NCBI GenBank assembly: GCA_963823035.1
Contig: CAWGKG010000014.1
Location: 256,001 to 320,000 of the forward strand
Origin: an uncultured Gemmatimonadales bacterium
GTDB lineage: Bacteria; Gemmatimonadota; Gemmatimonadetes; Longimicrobiales; Gaopeijiaceae
Length of the DNA stretch: 64,000 nucleotides
Direction of reading: 5' to 3'
This document shows, in pieces, positions 42,715 through 53,633 of this stretch. The notes under the pieces were generated by a model, which was not told the origin of the DNA, ran no database searches, and saw nothing but the letters and a program-made list of their open reading frames with translations. Numbering within the stretch: position 1 is the stretch's first letter; every line of letters begins with the position of its first letter. The position numbers and the translations under genes were made by a program.

Positions 42715-45700
42715 ATGCGCCAGCGTGCCTCGCATCGCCTCGCCCCGGCGGTGCTTCTTCTCGTCTTGTCGACACCCCTGTCGGGGGCAGCACAGGGTCT
42801 TTCCTCCGACGCGCTCTCCGGTCTTCGCCCCCGCGAGATCGGGCCGGCCGTCGTGAGCGGCCGCATCGTGGACATCGCCGTGGTGGAGCGGGACCCGCGC
42901 GTGTTCTACGTGGCCGCGGCCACCGGGGGCGTGTGGAAGACCACCGACAACGGCATCCGCTTCACACCCGTGTTCACGCGCGAGGCCACGCACTCGGTCG
43001 GCGACATCGCCGTGAGCCAGAGCGACACGAGCGTGGTGTGGGTCGGGACCGGGGAGCGGGCGAGCCGGCAGAGCAACTCGTGGGGAGACGGCGTCTACAA
43101 GTCGACCGACGGGGGAACGACGTGGCGGAACATGGGGCTCGCCGACACGAAGGAGATCGGGAGGATCGCCATCGATCCGAACGACGTGAACACCGTGTGG
43201 GTGGCGGCCATGGGGCACCTGTGGGGCCCGAACGAGGAGCGGGGCCTCTACAAGTCGACGGACGGCGGCGAGAGCTGGGACAAGGTGCTCTACGTGGACG
43301 AGCAGACGGGCGTGGTCGACGTGGCGCTCGATCCCTCGAACCCGCGCGTCGTCTACGCGGCGACGTACCAGCGGCGCAGGCGGCCGTGGGGATTCCACGG
43401 CGGCGGCCCGGGGAGCGGGCTCTACAAGTCGACCGACGGCGGGGCGAGCTGGACGAAGCTCACGAACGCCGGGCTCGACAACGGGCTGCCCACGGGCGAG
43501 ATGGGGCGCATCGGCATCGACGTCTACCGCAAGGACCCGCGCATCCTGTACGTGAGCGTCGAGCAGGGTGAGCGCTACAACGCGTCGACCGAGTACCAGA
43601 AGCGGGAGGCGGGCCTCTACCGGTCGGAGGACGGCGGCGCTTCGTGGACCTTCCAGAGCGACTGGAACCCGCGGCCGATGTACGCGAGCCAGCCCACCGT
43701 CGACCCGAACGACGACCAGCGCGTGTACATGCTGAACGCGTACAGCTACTCGGACGACGCCGGCAAGACGTTCACCGTTCCGCACGAGGACCGCACGCAC
43801 GGCGACGACCGCTTCGTGTGGGTCGACCCGCACGACTCGAACCACGTCATGAAGGCCGACGACGGCGGCCTGGGGATCAGCTACGACCGGGGCGACCACT
43901 TCCTCTTCGTGACGGACCTGCCGCTCTCGCAGTGGTACCACGTCGCGGTGGACATGGCCGTGCCCTACAACGTGTATGGCGGCCTCCAGGACAACGGCAG
44001 TTGGGCCGGTCCGAACCAGGTGTACCGCTCCGAGGGGATCCTCAACCAGGACTGGGTGCGCTGGGGCGGAGGCGACGGGTTCCTGTCGCTCGTGGACACG
44101 ACGAACAACCGCATCCTCTATGCCGAGAGCCAGTACCTCGGGCTGACCCGGAACGACCTCGTGACCGGGGAGGGACGCGACATCCGCCCCGACCAGCCGG
44201 AGGGCTTCATCGGCGATCGGCGCAACTGGACCACCTGGCCAGACCTGGGCGACCCCGAGCAGCGCCTCGGCAACGCGATGGCGCCGGGCAACTGGGACGG
44301 CCCGTTCATCATCAGCCCGCACGACCCGAACACGCTGTACGCCGGCCTCGACCGCCTCTTCCGCAGCACCGACCGCGGGGACACGTGGGAGCCGATCGGC
44401 AGCCCCACCACCGGCACCGACCGGCGCACGCTCGAGATCATGGGCGAGCGACCCGACTCCTTCACGCTGTCGCTCGACGACGGCATCCCGTACTGGCCGA
44501 CGATCAGCGCGGTCGCGGAGTCGGAGTTCACGCCGGGCGAGCTGTACGTCGGCACGGACGACGGGCAGGTTCAGGTCACCACGGACGGAGGCCACAGCTG
44601 GACGAACGTCACGGCCGGCGTCCCCGGGCTGCCGCCCCGGGCATGGATCAACGACCTGCACGCCTCGAAGTCGGTGGACGGCCGCGTCTACCTGGTGGCG
44701 AACAACTACCGCAACGACGACTACGCGAACTACCTCTGGCGCTCGGACGACCACGGCCGGACGTGGACGTCGATCCTGGGCGACCTTCCCTCCGAGCGGG
44801 TGACCCGCGCGGTCTTCGAGGACCTGCGCAATCCCGACGTGCTCTACCTGGGCACGGAGTTGGGTGTGTTCTGGTCGTGGAACGGCGGCGGCCGCTGGGT
44901 GGAGCTCCGGTCGGGCCTGCCGACCGTGGCGGTGAACGACCTCCTCGTCCACCCGAGGGACAACGACCTCGTGCTCGCGACACACGGGCGCGGGGTGTGG
45001 ATCCTGGACCAGGTGACCGCACTCCAGAGCCTCACGCCGGAGATCGCCGCCCGTCCGGCCTTTCTCTTCGCCATCGACCCGGCCGAGGAAACCCGCTACC
45101 GGGGTGAGCGCGCCCACACCGGCAACATGATCTTCGAGGGCGAGAATCCCCCCGCCGCCGCCCTCGTGGACTACTGGCTGCGGGACGCCGGCACCGAGGT
45201 CTCGCTGGAAGTGCTCGACGTCGCGGGCGCGCGCGTCGCCACCGTGAACGGACCCCACGAGCGCGGCGTGAACCGGGCGCAGTGGAACCTCCGCTACGGC
45301 CTCGAAGGCGGCAACGACACGTCGCGGGCGGGCGGCGCTGGCGGCTTCCGCCGAATGTCCGGCGGCCCCCTCGTGGTCCCCGGGGTGTACACGGTACGGC
45401 TCACGGCGGGCGGCGTGACGCAGGATCGTACCGTGCGCGTCGAGGAGGATCCGCGCACCCAGGTGGACCCGGGGGTGCGCGCCCGGTGGACGGCGGAGCT
45501 ACGCGGCATCGCCGCCACGCTCATGGAGGCGCAGGGCGTGGCGCGCGAGGTCCAGGCCGCGGCACAGCGACTGGAGAAGGGACAGGCACGCGCACCCGAC
45601 GCGGCAGCGGCGAAGGTCAAGGACCTCGATCGGGAGCTCGACGAGCTGGTGACGCGCCTGGCGCGGCTTCGCGGCGGCGCGGAGAGCTGGGTCGGCCCGC

Positions 45701-45798
45701 TCTCGGCGGACCAGGCGTCACAGAAGGCGTTTCTGACGGGCATGCTGGAGACACTGGCCGGCGAATGGCGCACCGTGCGCAGCCGGATATCCAACTAG
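42715..45798 (+). CDS. Exported VPS10/BNR (Asp-box) repeat glycosyl hydrolase-like protein
   Basis: Signal peptide; REIGPA..SGRI; many S.DGG.TW Asp boxes; GGLQDNG; DLVLATHGRGVWILD; ENPP; PGVYTVRL. Confidence 0.88.
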   Translation: MRQRASHRLAPAVLLLVLSTPLSGAAQGLSSDALSGLRPREIGPAVVSGRIVDIAVVERDPRVFYVAAATGGVWKTTDNGIRFTPVFTREATHSVGDIAVSQSDTSVVWVGTGERASRQSNSWGDGVYKSTDGGTTWRNMGLADTKEIGRIAIDPNDVNTVWVAAMGHLWGPNEERGLYKSTDGGESWDKVLYVDEQTGVVDVALDPSNPRVVYAATYQRRRRPWGFHGGGPGSGLYKSTDGGASWTKLTNAGLDNGLPTGEMGRIGIDVYRKDPRILYVSVEQGERYNASTEYQKREAGLYRSEDGGASWTFQSDWNPRPMYASQPTVDPNDDQRVYMLNAYSYSDDAGKTFTVPHEDRTHGDDRFVWVDPHDSNHVMKADDGGLGISYDRGDHFLFVTDLPLSQWYHVAVDMAVPYNVYGGLQDNGSWAGPNQVYRSEGILNQDWVRWGGGDGFLSLVDTTNNRILYAESQYLGLTRNDLVTGEGRDIRPDQPEGFIGDRRNWTTWPDLGDPEQRLGNAMAPGNWDGPFIISPHDPNTLYAGLDRLFRSTDRGDTWEPIGSPTTGTDRRTLEIMGERPDSFTLSLDDGIPYWPTISAVAESEFTPGELYVGTDDGQVQVTTDGGHSWTNVTAGVPGLPPRAWINDLHASKSVDGRVYLVANNYRNDDYANYLWRSDDHGRTWTSILGDLPSERVTRAVFEDLRNPDVLYLGTELGVFWSWNGGGRWVELRSGLPTVAVNDLLVHPRDNDLVLATHGRGVWILDQVTALQSLTPEIAARPAFLFAIDPAEETRYRGERAHTGNMIFEGENPPAAALVDYWLRDAGTEVSLEVLDVAGARVATVNGPHERGVNRAQWNLRYGLEGGNDTSRAGGAGGFRRMSGGPLVVPGVYTVRLTAGGVTQDRTVRVEEDPRTQVDPGVRARWTAELRGIAATLMEAQGVAREVQAAAQRLEKGQARAPDAAAAKVKDLDRELDELVTRLARLRGGAESWVGPLSADQASQKAFLTGMLETLAGEWRTVRSRISN

Positions 45799-45815
45799 CG
45801 ATCGGAAGGGCGACG

Positions 45816-46172
45816 ATGCCGGTGTTTCATCGCGTCGAGGAGGGGTTCCTCCTGGTGACCGTGGACGGCGACTTCACGGCCGCGGAGGTCGTGCGGGTGG
45901 GAGGGACGGCGCTCGAGGCGCCCGACCTGATCGTGCCGGCCTTCGTGCTGCTGGACCTGTCCGGCGCGGCGGTCCCCACCGACGCGGGGATGACCGCGTT
46001 CGAGCCCATCGCGTCGTTCTTCGCCGGCCCGCGGGCTCCGGTCGCCCGTCTGGCGGTGCTCGCGGGGCCGGGCGCGGCGGACGCGATCGTCGAGGCGGCG
46101 TCCGCCTCGGGTCTGGAATCACGCGCCTTCAAGACGAAGTCGGACGCGCGCGCCTGGTTGGCGGGTTTCTAG
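45816..46172 (+). CDS. Hypothetical protein (possible STAS/SpoIIAA-like fold)
   Basis: MPVFHRVEEG..., VLLDLSG, RLAVL, RAF.....ARAWL; GGAAGG RBS upstream. Confidence 0.6.
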   Translation: MPVFHRVEEGFLLVTVDGDFTAAEVVRVGGTALEAPDLIVPAFVLLDLSGAAVPTDAGMTAFEPIASFFAGPRAPVARLAVLAGPGAADAIVEAASASGLESRAFKTKSDARAWLAGF

Positions 46173-46188
46173 GACGCCGGGCCGCGCC

Positions 46189-46776
46189 CTACGAGGAGGC
46201 TCGCTCCGGGAACGGGACGGGCACGGCGGGGAGGTCGAAGGCCCCCGGGAAGTCCTGCTCCACCTCCTTCTGCTTGCCGCTCCACGCCTCGATGTCGATG
46301 CGGTACACCGCGGTCCGCTTGAGCTCGTCGTCGGTGGTGGCCCGGTAGTCCTCGCCGTAGCGCAGATGCGGCGCGTACTTCCCGAGCAGGATGCGCAGGC
46401 CGTGGCGGGCCTCGTCGGTGTCCTCCACGATCGTTCCCCGCCCGAAGACCACCACCCCGCAGTACTCCACGCTGAACTCGAGCGCCTCCGACGCGGGCAG
46501 CAGCCTCCCCATCGCGGCGGCGGAGAAGGTCACGCGCTCGTGCCCCGCGACGTTGTCCCGGGTCCGGCCCGTGCGGTGGGTGTGCATGTACAGGCAGTGC
46601 CTCTGCTCGTCGAACACGAAGAGGTTCGAGTTGAGGAACGGCTGGCCGTCCTCCCCCACCGTCGCGAGGAAGCCCATCGGGGCCGCACGCAGGAACGCGC
46701 GGACCCACGCCTCGTCCTTGCCCCGGTCGCGACGGCGCAGCGCCGCCCTCCGATCCTCGCCCACAGCTTCGGTCAC
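46189..46776 (-). CDS. Pyridoxamine 5'-phosphate oxidase-like (NimA-type) flavin-binding protein
   Basis: LRRRDR, GFLAT...QP, LYMHT...GR, FSVEY.GVVVFG, WSGK. Confidence 0.85.
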   Translation of the reverse strand: MTEAVGEDRRAALRRRDRGKDEAWVRAFLRAAPMGFLATVGEDGQPFLNSNLFVFDEQRHCLYMHTHRTGRTRDNVAGHERVTFSAAAMGRLLPASEALEFSVEYCGVVVFGRGTIVEDTDEARHGLRILLGKYAPHLRYGEDYRATTDDELKRTAVYRIDIEAWSGKQKEVEQDFPGAFDLPAVPVPFPERASS

Positions 46777-47295
46777 CCTTCACCTCCCAGATAATCGCGC
46801 TCCAGGAGCGCGCGATGGTAGAGCTCGTGTCCGGCGATGATCCACGGAAACGAGCGCGCGGTGAACGACATCCCGCTCGCGATCCCCGTCCGGGGCGCGG
46901 CCTCGTCGTCGAGACCGCGGAAGAGGAGGAGGTTGTCGCGACGAAGCGCGATCCACTCCTCCGCGAGCGAGGAAAGTCGCCGGACGCCCGCGTTCGACAT
47001 CGCGCGCCCAGTCGTCCTGCTCGAACGGTGGAAGAGGGTCCGGCGCGGCCCGCGCGATCCACAGGCACCGGAACGCGAACGTCCGCTCGACGTCGATGAG
47101 ATGGCCGACCACCTCGCGCACGCTCCACTTCCCGGGCGCGTATCGGTACTCCTCCTTCTCCGCGGGCACCGAAGCCAGCAGCGCCTGCGTGGTCACCATC
47201 TCACGCTCGAGGATCAAGAGGATGCTGCCCTCGGGCACGAGGTCGATGTAGCGCGCGTAGTAGGCGTCGTATTCCGACGGGTCGGGGCGGCGCAT
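46773..47295 (-). CDS. DinB family protein (frameshift near 47005)
   Basis: RP...EY..YY..YI, YRYAPGKWSVREVVGHLID.ER, IAGHELYH. Confidence 0.88.
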
Positions 47296-48449
47296 CAGTT
47301 CGACACCCCTCGGTCGAGCTGCTCGATGGTCGCCATGGACGGGCCGCGCTCACGCTGAAGCCGGCGCGCCACGCCCTCCGCCTCCCGCATCACGCGCAGG
47401 ATGTTCTCCCCCGCGAGCTTGGCCAGGTCCTCCTCGCTCCACCCGCGCCGGCTCAGCTCGGCGAAGAGCGTCGGGTACGTCGAGACGTCCTCCAACCCCT
47501 CGACCGTCTCCGTGATGCCGTCGAAGTCGGCGCCGATGCCCACGTGGTCCACCCCCGCCACCTCGACGATGTGCTCGATGTGGTTCGCGACGTCCGCCAC
47601 GGTGGCGCGCTCCCCCTCCCGCAGGAAGCTCGGCACGAAGGTGACCATGACCACGCCGCCGTTCTCGGGCAGGCGCCGGAGCACGGCGTCGGGGACGTTG
47701 CGCGGCACGTCGAGGAGGGCGCGCGCGTCGGCGTGCGACCAGATCACGGGCGCCTCCGAGACGTCGAGCGCATCGTTCATCGTCTCCGGGGAGGTGTGCG
47801 CCAGGTCGACGAGCATCCCCAGCCGGTTCATCTCCCGCACCACCTCCATCCCGAAGGGCGTGAGCCCGCCGTGGCGCGGCTCGTCATTGGCCGCGTCCGC
47901 CCAGTCGAGCGTGCCGTTGTGCGTCAGCGTCATGTAGCGCACGCCCATGCCGTAGAAGGCGCGGAGTGTCCCGAGCGAGTTCTCGATGGCGTGCCCTCCC
48001 TCCATCCCGAGCATCGAGGCGATCTTCCCCTGGCCGAAGATCCGCTCCACGTCCGAGGCGTCGTACGCCTCCTCGAACACGTCCGGGTAGCGCGCGAAAA
48101 CCTGCTTGGCGATGTCGATCTGCTCGAGTTGCACCCTGGCCGCTCCGGAGTCCACCGACTCGTAGGGCGTGTACACCGACCAGAACTGTCCCCCCACCCT
48201 CCCTTTGCGCAGACGGACGACGTCGGTCATGAACGGCGGATGGCCGCGCAGGTCGTGCTGCGGCGCAGCGACGTTCCCGGGCGCCACCTCGCTCTCCCGG
48301 ATCGCCCAGGGGAGGTCGTTGTGCCCGTCGATCAGGGGTGTACGGGCGAGCACGCGCATGGCTTTCACCATGTCGGGGTCCTGCTGCGCCCCGAGAGGAG
48401 CGGTGGCGAGGACGGCGGACGCCAGGAGGAGGACGGTGGCGCGTCTCAT
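47295..48449 (-). CDS. Membrane (renal-type, M19) dipeptidase, exported
   Basis: Signal peptide; IDGHND, MEGGH, TLTH, VDLAH, WSH, RNVPD, GIGADFDG. Confidence 0.92.
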   Translation of the reverse strand: MRRATVLLLASAVLATAPLGAQQDPDMVKAMRVLARTPLIDGHNDLPWAIRESEVAPGNVAAPQHDLRGHPPFMTDVVRLRKGRVGGQFWSVYTPYESVDSGAARVQLEQIDIAKQVFARYPDVFEEAYDASDVERIFGQGKIASMLGMEGGHAIENSLGTLRAFYGMGVRYMTLTHNGTLDWADAANDEPRHGGLTPFGMEVVREMNRLGMLVDLAHTSPETMNDALDVSEAPVIWSHADARALLDVPRNVPDAVLRRLPENGGVVMVTFVPSFLREGERATVADVANHIEHIVEVAGVDHVGIGADFDGITETVEGLEDVSTYPTLFAELSRRGWSEEDLAKLAGENILRVMREAEGVARRLQRERGPSMATIEQLDRGVSN

Positions 48450-48540
48450 GACTCGAATCGATGCCTCGGCAAACGGTGGGAGGAAGGGACAACAATCGCG
48501 CGGCGGCCCCGCACGCGGCAACCCGTGCGGGAGCTCGCTT

Positions 48541-49299
48541 CTACGGCGTCGTGCCCGGGGGAAGCCCGCTCGGGATCTCCCTCGGAATCTGCCCGAACTC
48601 GGCCAGGATCACGGAGATGTTGTCGTCGCTTCCGCCCTGCCACGCGGCCGTGGTGAGGGCCTCGGCCGCTTCGCGCACGTCGCTCGATCGGCCGAAGACC
48701 GCACGCAGCTCCGGGTCGGACAGCGCCTTGTAGAGCCCGTCCGAGCAGAGGACGATCGCGGTGCTCGCCTGGACCGTGAACGGACCGAAGACGTCGACGT
48801 CCACCACGGGATCGATGCCGATGCAGCGGGTGAGCGCGTCCCTCCATTTCGAGGCCATGATCTCCGCCTCCGGCTGGCCGCGCTTCAGCGCCTCGGCCGC
48901 GAAGGAGTGGTCGCGCGTGAGCTGACGGATCCCCTCGGCGGAGAGAAGGTAGCCCCGGCTGTCGCCGACGTTCGCCACCTCGTAGCGACCGTCGTCCACG
49001 AGCACCGCCACGAGCGTCGTGCCCATCCCCACCTTGTCCGGATCGCGGGCCTTCTCGTTCACACGGGCGTTGGCCTGGCGAAAGGCGTCGTCCAGCGCGC
49101 TTCCGGCTCGCACGGCTTCGACCAGCGTCTCGAGGGCGAGGGAGCTGGCCACCTCCCCCGCGGCGTGTCCGCCCATCCCGTCCGCGACGGCCAGGAGGAT
49201 GCGCCCGTCCGCGAGCGTCTCGGTGAGCACCGCGTCCTCCTGGTAGGGCCTTCTCCCCGCGACGGATTCGAAGGCGAGGCGTGGCCGGAGCTTCGTCAC
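48541..49299 (-). CDS. PP2C/Stp1-type Ser/Thr protein phosphatase
   Basis: R..QED, VADGMGGH..GEVAS, GMGTT, NVGDSR, QLTRDHS, LCSDGL, DNISV. Confidence 0.93.
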   Translation of the reverse strand: MTKLRPRLAFESVAGRRPYQEDAVLTETLADGRILLAVADGMGGHAAGEVASSLALETLVEAVRAGSALDDAFRQANARVNEKARDPDKVGMGTTLVAVLVDDGRYEVANVGDSRGYLLSAEGIRQLTRDHSFAAEALKRGQPEAEIMASKWRDALTRCIGIDPVVDVDVFGPFTVQASTAIVLCSDGLYKALSDPELRAVFGRSSDVREAAEALTTAAWQGGSDDNISVILAEFGQIPREIPSGLPPGTTP

Positions 49300-49465
49300 G
49301 GTGGGTCCCGCGGGGAGGGTGGGGGAAGGTCACGCAGGGGCGGGTTACTGATAGGCTGCACCCCCTTTCGCGGCAAGGAGATCCGCCTCTCCGCGAGGCC
49401 GGCCTTTCGCGTTCCCGGGAAGCGCGGCCACATTGCCCGCCGTCCCCGAACACGGAGAAGCATCG

Positions 49466-50663
49466 ATGCGCAGAACGTCCCGGGCAGCCGCCGCGCTCCT
49501 CGTCGCGCTCACGCCCTCCGGCGTCCGGGCGCAGCTCCCCGCGCGCTTCGGTCCCGCCTGGGACGGGGTGGTCGCGTCGTGGGACGCCGCGTCCGCCGAG
49601 GCCGGGATCGTAGGGGGCAGCCTCGCCTTCCTGCGCGGGAGCGAAGTGGTCCGTCTGGCCCCGCGGGGCCTCGCCGACGTCGCGACGCGGCGGGCCGTGG
49701 ACGACGCCACCATCTACCACTGGGCATCGATCACCAAGACGTTCACGGCGGTGTCGATCCTGCAACTGCGCGACCGCGGGCTGCTGTCCCTCGACGATCC
49801 GATCGTGGCGTACGTCCCGGAGCTGCGGGAGGTGCACGACCCCTACGGCTCCATGGAGGACATCACGATCCGCCAGCTGCTGTCCCACTCGGCGGGCTTC
49901 CGCGACGCCACGTGGCCGTGGAGCGACGGCGAGCCGTGGGAGCCGTACGAGCCCACGGAATGGAGCCAGCTCGTCGCGATGATGCCCTACACGCGCATCC
50001 ACTTCGAGCCCGGCTCGAGGTTCAGCTACTCCAACCCCGGGATCATCTTCCTGGGGCGCGTCATCGAGAAGGTCACGGGCGACGTCTTCGAGGCGTACGT
50101 CGACAAGAACATCTTCCGACCGCTCGGCATGCGGCGTGCGTACTTCGACGGGACGCCCTGGCACCTCCTTCCCTACCGCTCGAACCACTACTTCCTGAAC
50201 GACGGCAAGCGCGCGGAGGGCGGGCTCGACTTCAACACCGGCATCACCGTGTCGAACGGGGGGCTCAACGCACCCGTGCCGGACATGGCGCGCTGGTTCG
50301 GCTTCCTGCTCGGGGCACCGCCCGACGGCGTGGACGGTGCCACGGTCCTGAAGCGTTCCAGCCTCGAGGAGATGTGGAGGACGGTGGTGCCGATCGGCGA
50401 CTCCGACATCGGCCGCGAGAGCATGGGCCTGTGCTTCTTCCTCTACGACGACGGCACGCACCACCTCGTGGGCCACACGGGCACGCAGCGGGGGTTCCTT
50501 TCGTTCTTCGTGCTCGATCCCGACGCCGGCGTGGGCGTGGTGGGCGTATCGAACACGGTCGGTACCACGCCCCCGGGACCCGGACGCCCGCGCGATCCTG
50601 AACGAGGCCCGGGCCGCCGTGGTGAACGGGATCTTTCCCCTCTTCCGTCAGGAGACCCGATGA
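49466..50663 (+). CDS. Serine hydrolase, beta-lactamase class C / D-peptidase family (frameshift near 50580)
   Basis: Signal peptide; WASITK (SxxK), LLSHSAG, FSYSN, GHTG; shifted tail ARAILNEARAAVVNGIFPLFRQETR ends at TGA overlapping the next ATG. Confidence 0.88.
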
Positions 50664-51805
50664 GCGTGGACCGGAGGACGTTCGTGAAGCTCGCCGGCGC
50701 TGCGGCGATCGCCCCCGGCGCGATGGTGCCCCTCGGCACGCGTGCGCATGGCCGGCGCGCCGTGGCCCGCCTGTGGCCCGGCTACGGCGACGCGATGGTG
50801 ATCGACTGCCTGGCGAGCCCCGGGGCCTTCAACATCCCCGAGGACGAGGGCGGCGGGCTGGGAGGGGCGGCGCTCGACGCGGCGCGCCGCTCCGGCATCA
50901 CCGGCGTGAACGTCACCGTGGGGGTGGTGGGCGACGTCCCGGACCCATTCGGCGATACCGTGGCCGACCTGGCCCGCTGGGAGCGCGAGATCGACCGGCA
51001 CCCGGACGTGTTCGCCCGCGTGCGCACGGTCGACGACCTGCGCCGCGCCAAGTCGGGCGGCCAGGTCGGGCTGATCTACGGCTTCCAGGACACGGTCGCG
51101 CTCGGCGCCGACCTGGAGCGCCTCGACACCTTCCACGCGCTCGGGCTGCGCATCATCCAGCTCACCTACAACGTGCGCAACCGCGTGGGCGACGGCAGCC
51201 TGGAGCCCGGGAACGCGGGCCTGTCCACGTTCGGCAAGGAGCTGGTCGCACGCATGAACCGCCTCGGCGTGCTGGTGGACCTCTCCCACTGCGGGCAGCG
51301 CACCACGGCGGAAGGCATCGCGGATTCGACCGTTCCGGTGGCGATCACCCACACGGGGTGCCAGGCCGTGTTCATGCACCCGCGCAACAAGCGGGACGAG
51401 GAGCTGCGGGCGTGCGCCGACAAGGGTGGCGTGGTGGGCATCTACCTCATGCCCTACCTGAACGCCTCCGGACCGCCGACCGCCGACGACGTGATGGCGC
51501 ACCTGGAGCATGCGCTGCAGGTGTGCGGGGAGGAGCACGTCGGCATCGGCAGCGACCAGTCCATCACCCCCGTGAACGACACGCCCGAGTACTACCGGCG
51601 GATGGAGGCGGAGGTGAACCGGCGCAAGACGATGGGCATCAGCGCGCCGCGCGAGGACACGGCCCCCTTCGTCCCCCAGCTCAACGACGCGCGCCGCATG
51701 GAGCTCGTCGCCGACCTCATGGCGAAGCGCGGCCACGGAGCGGGCATGATCGAGAAGGTGCTCGGCGCCAACTGGATGCGGCTCTTCGCCGAGGTGTGGA
51801 AGTAG
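50660..51805 (+). CDS. M19 dipeptidase-family amidohydrolase with Tat signal
   Basis: MSVDRRTFVK; YGFQD, IQLTYN, VDLSH, ITHT, HPRNK.D, GIGSD. Confidence 0.88.
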   Translation: MSVDRRTFVKLAGAAAIAPGAMVPLGTRAHGRRAVARLWPGYGDAMVIDCLASPGAFNIPEDEGGGLGGAALDAARRSGITGVNVTVGVVGDVPDPFGDTVADLARWEREIDRHPDVFARVRTVDDLRRAKSGGQVGLIYGFQDTVALGADLERLDTFHALGLRIIQLTYNVRNRVGDGSLEPGNAGLSTFGKELVARMNRLGVLVDLSHCGQRTTAEGIADSTVPVAITHTGCQAVFMHPRNKRDEELRACADKGGVVGIYLMPYLNASGPPTADDVMAHLEHALQVCGEEHVGIGSDQSITPVNDTPEYYRRMEAEVNRRKTMGISAPREDTAPFVPQLNDARRMELVADLMAKRGHGAGMIEKVLGANWMRLFAEVWK

Positions 51806-51938
51806 CGGATACGACCTCGCCTTCCACCGCGGCACGTACCGCGCGTGCCGAAGAAGACACTGGCGCCGGAGCGCGCCCTCCGGCATTCCTGGGGGCGATC
51901 CGTGGTTCCTCCTCGTCCCCCCTCTCAGGAGCTCGTCC

Positions 51939-52505
51939 ATGGTCGGCCTCGCGTCCCTCTGGCTTCCGATCCTGCTCGCGGCGGCGTTCGTCTTCATCGC
52001 CAGCTCCATCATCCACATGTTCCTGCCGTACCACAGGACGGACTTCAAGGCGATTCCGGAAGAAGACCGCGTGCTGGACGCGTTGCGCGGGTTCGACATC
52101 CCGCCCGGCGACTACATGTTCCCCAACGCGGGCGGCGATCCCAACGTCCTGAAGTCGGAGGCGTTCCGCGAGAAGGCCCGCAAGGGCCCGGTGGGGGTCC
52201 TGACCGTGTTCCCCTCCGGCGACCCCTTCGCGATGGGCGCGCAAATGACGCAGTGGTTCCTGTACTGCCTGCTCGTGAGCCTCTTCGCGGGGTACCTGAC
52301 GAGCCGCGCGGTCGCGCCGGGCATGGACTACCTGCAGGTCTTCCGCTTCGCCGGGACGACCGCGTTCGCGGGCTACGCGCTGGCGTTGCTCCAGCGCTCG
52401 ATCTGGTACAAGCAGCCGTGGGGCACGACGTTCAAGAACGTCTTCGACGGCTTGGTCTACGCGCTCCTCACCGCCGGGACGTTCGGCTGGCTCTGGCCCG
52501 CCTGA
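51939..52505 (+). CDS. Conserved hypothetical membrane protein
   Basis: 188 aa, about 4-5 TM segments, CAGGAG RBS; HMFLPYH..D, PGDYMFP. Confidence 0.75.
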   Translation: MVGLASLWLPILLAAAFVFIASSIIHMFLPYHRTDFKAIPEEDRVLDALRGFDIPPGDYMFPNAGGDPNVLKSEAFREKARKGPVGVLTVFPSGDPFAMGAQMTQWFLYCLLVSLFAGYLTSRAVAPGMDYLQVFRFAGTTAFAGYALALLQRSIWYKQPWGTTFKNVFDGLVYALLTAGTFGWLWPA

Positions 52506-52538
52506 CCGCCCTCGTGGAGGAACGGCCGGCCGCCGCCG

Positions 52539-53495
52539 TCAGACCCGGGCGGCGGCCGGCCAGGGCACCACGTCCAGCCAGCCGAAGGGATCGCCGGACA
52601 CGCCGTGCACGAGGTCGAGGTAGGCCTGCTGGAGGCGTCGCGGTCACCGGCCCCCTCGTCCCCTCGCCCACCCGGATCCGGTCCACGCTGCGGACCGGCG
52701 TGATCTCGGCGGCGGTGCCGGTGAAGAAGACCTCCTCCGCGGTGTAGAGCATCTCGCGGGGGACGGGCTCCTCGCGCGCCTCGATGCCCAGCGTCCCGCA
52801 GAGGTGGAGCACCGTGTCGCGCGTGATCCCGCCCAGGAGCGACCCGTCGAGCGGGGGCGTGCGCACGCGTCCCGTTCTTCACGAGGAAGACGTTCTGCCC
52901 GCTCCCCTCGCTCACCAGGCCGTTCGTGCCCACGGCGATGCGCCTCGGCGTAGCCGTTGGCCTGCGCCTCCATCTTCATGAGCTGGCTGTTCAGGTAGTT
53001 GCCGCCCGCCTTCGCGAGCGCCGGGAAGGTGTTCGGCGCCGGACGCGCACCAGCTCGACACGCAGGCGTCGACGCCCTGTTCGAGCGCCTCCGCGCCCAG
53101 GTAGCGCCCCCACGGCCAGCAGATCAGGAACGTCTCGACGGCGCTCGCGGTCGGGTTGAGGCCGAGCGCGCCGACGCCGCGCATGACGAGGGGCCGCAGG
53201 TAGCCTTCGCGCAAGCTCGTTGCGGACGCAGCAGCTCGCGGCACGCCTCCGCCAGCGCCTCCACCGGCCACGGTACCTCCATCCGGTAGATCTTCGCCGA
53301 CTCGTGCAGCCTGCGCAGGTGGTCGGTCAGCCGGAAGATGGCCGGACCGCGGGCCGTGTCGTAGGCGCGGATCCCCTCGAAGACCGAGGACCCGTAGTGC
53401 ACCGCGTGGCTCATCACGTGGACGTGGGCGTCCTCCCAGGAAACCCACGCCCCATCACGCCAGATCCAACGCATGCCGAGGTCGAGCGTTGCCAT
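52539..53495 (-). CDS. ilvE: Branched-chain amino acid aminotransferase (several frameshifts)
   Basis: [57 protein letters not shown]. Confidence 0.92.
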
Positions 53496-53601
53496 TCCAC
53501 CGCTCTCCTTCAGGGTGGCTCTCGTGGAGAACGCCGGGCAGGGTCACGTCGGGGGGAGGTACACACAGCCGCGTGGCGTCCCGGAATATAGAACCCATCG
53601 A

Positions 53602-53626
53602 GCCCGGGGGGAGCCTCCCCCCGGGC
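53602..53626. terminator. GC-rich hairpin downstream of the permease gene
   Basis: GCCCGGGGGGAG-C-CTCCCCCCGGGC inverted repeat; no clear U-tract. Confidence 0.45.
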
Positions 53627-53633
53627 GCCCGCC

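Noticed and set aside
43080..44800. Recurring TACAAGTCGACCGACGGCGG-like DNA repeats resembling an array
   Set aside because: They encode the Asp-box (YKSTDGG) repeats of the BNR protein and are irregularly spaced; not CRISPR.
49433..51805. 790-aa beta-lactamase-dipeptidase fusion
   Set aside because: An internal Tat signal (MSVDRRTF) with its own GGAG RBS and an ATGA overlap at 50660-50663 shows two genes joined by a frameshift near 50580.
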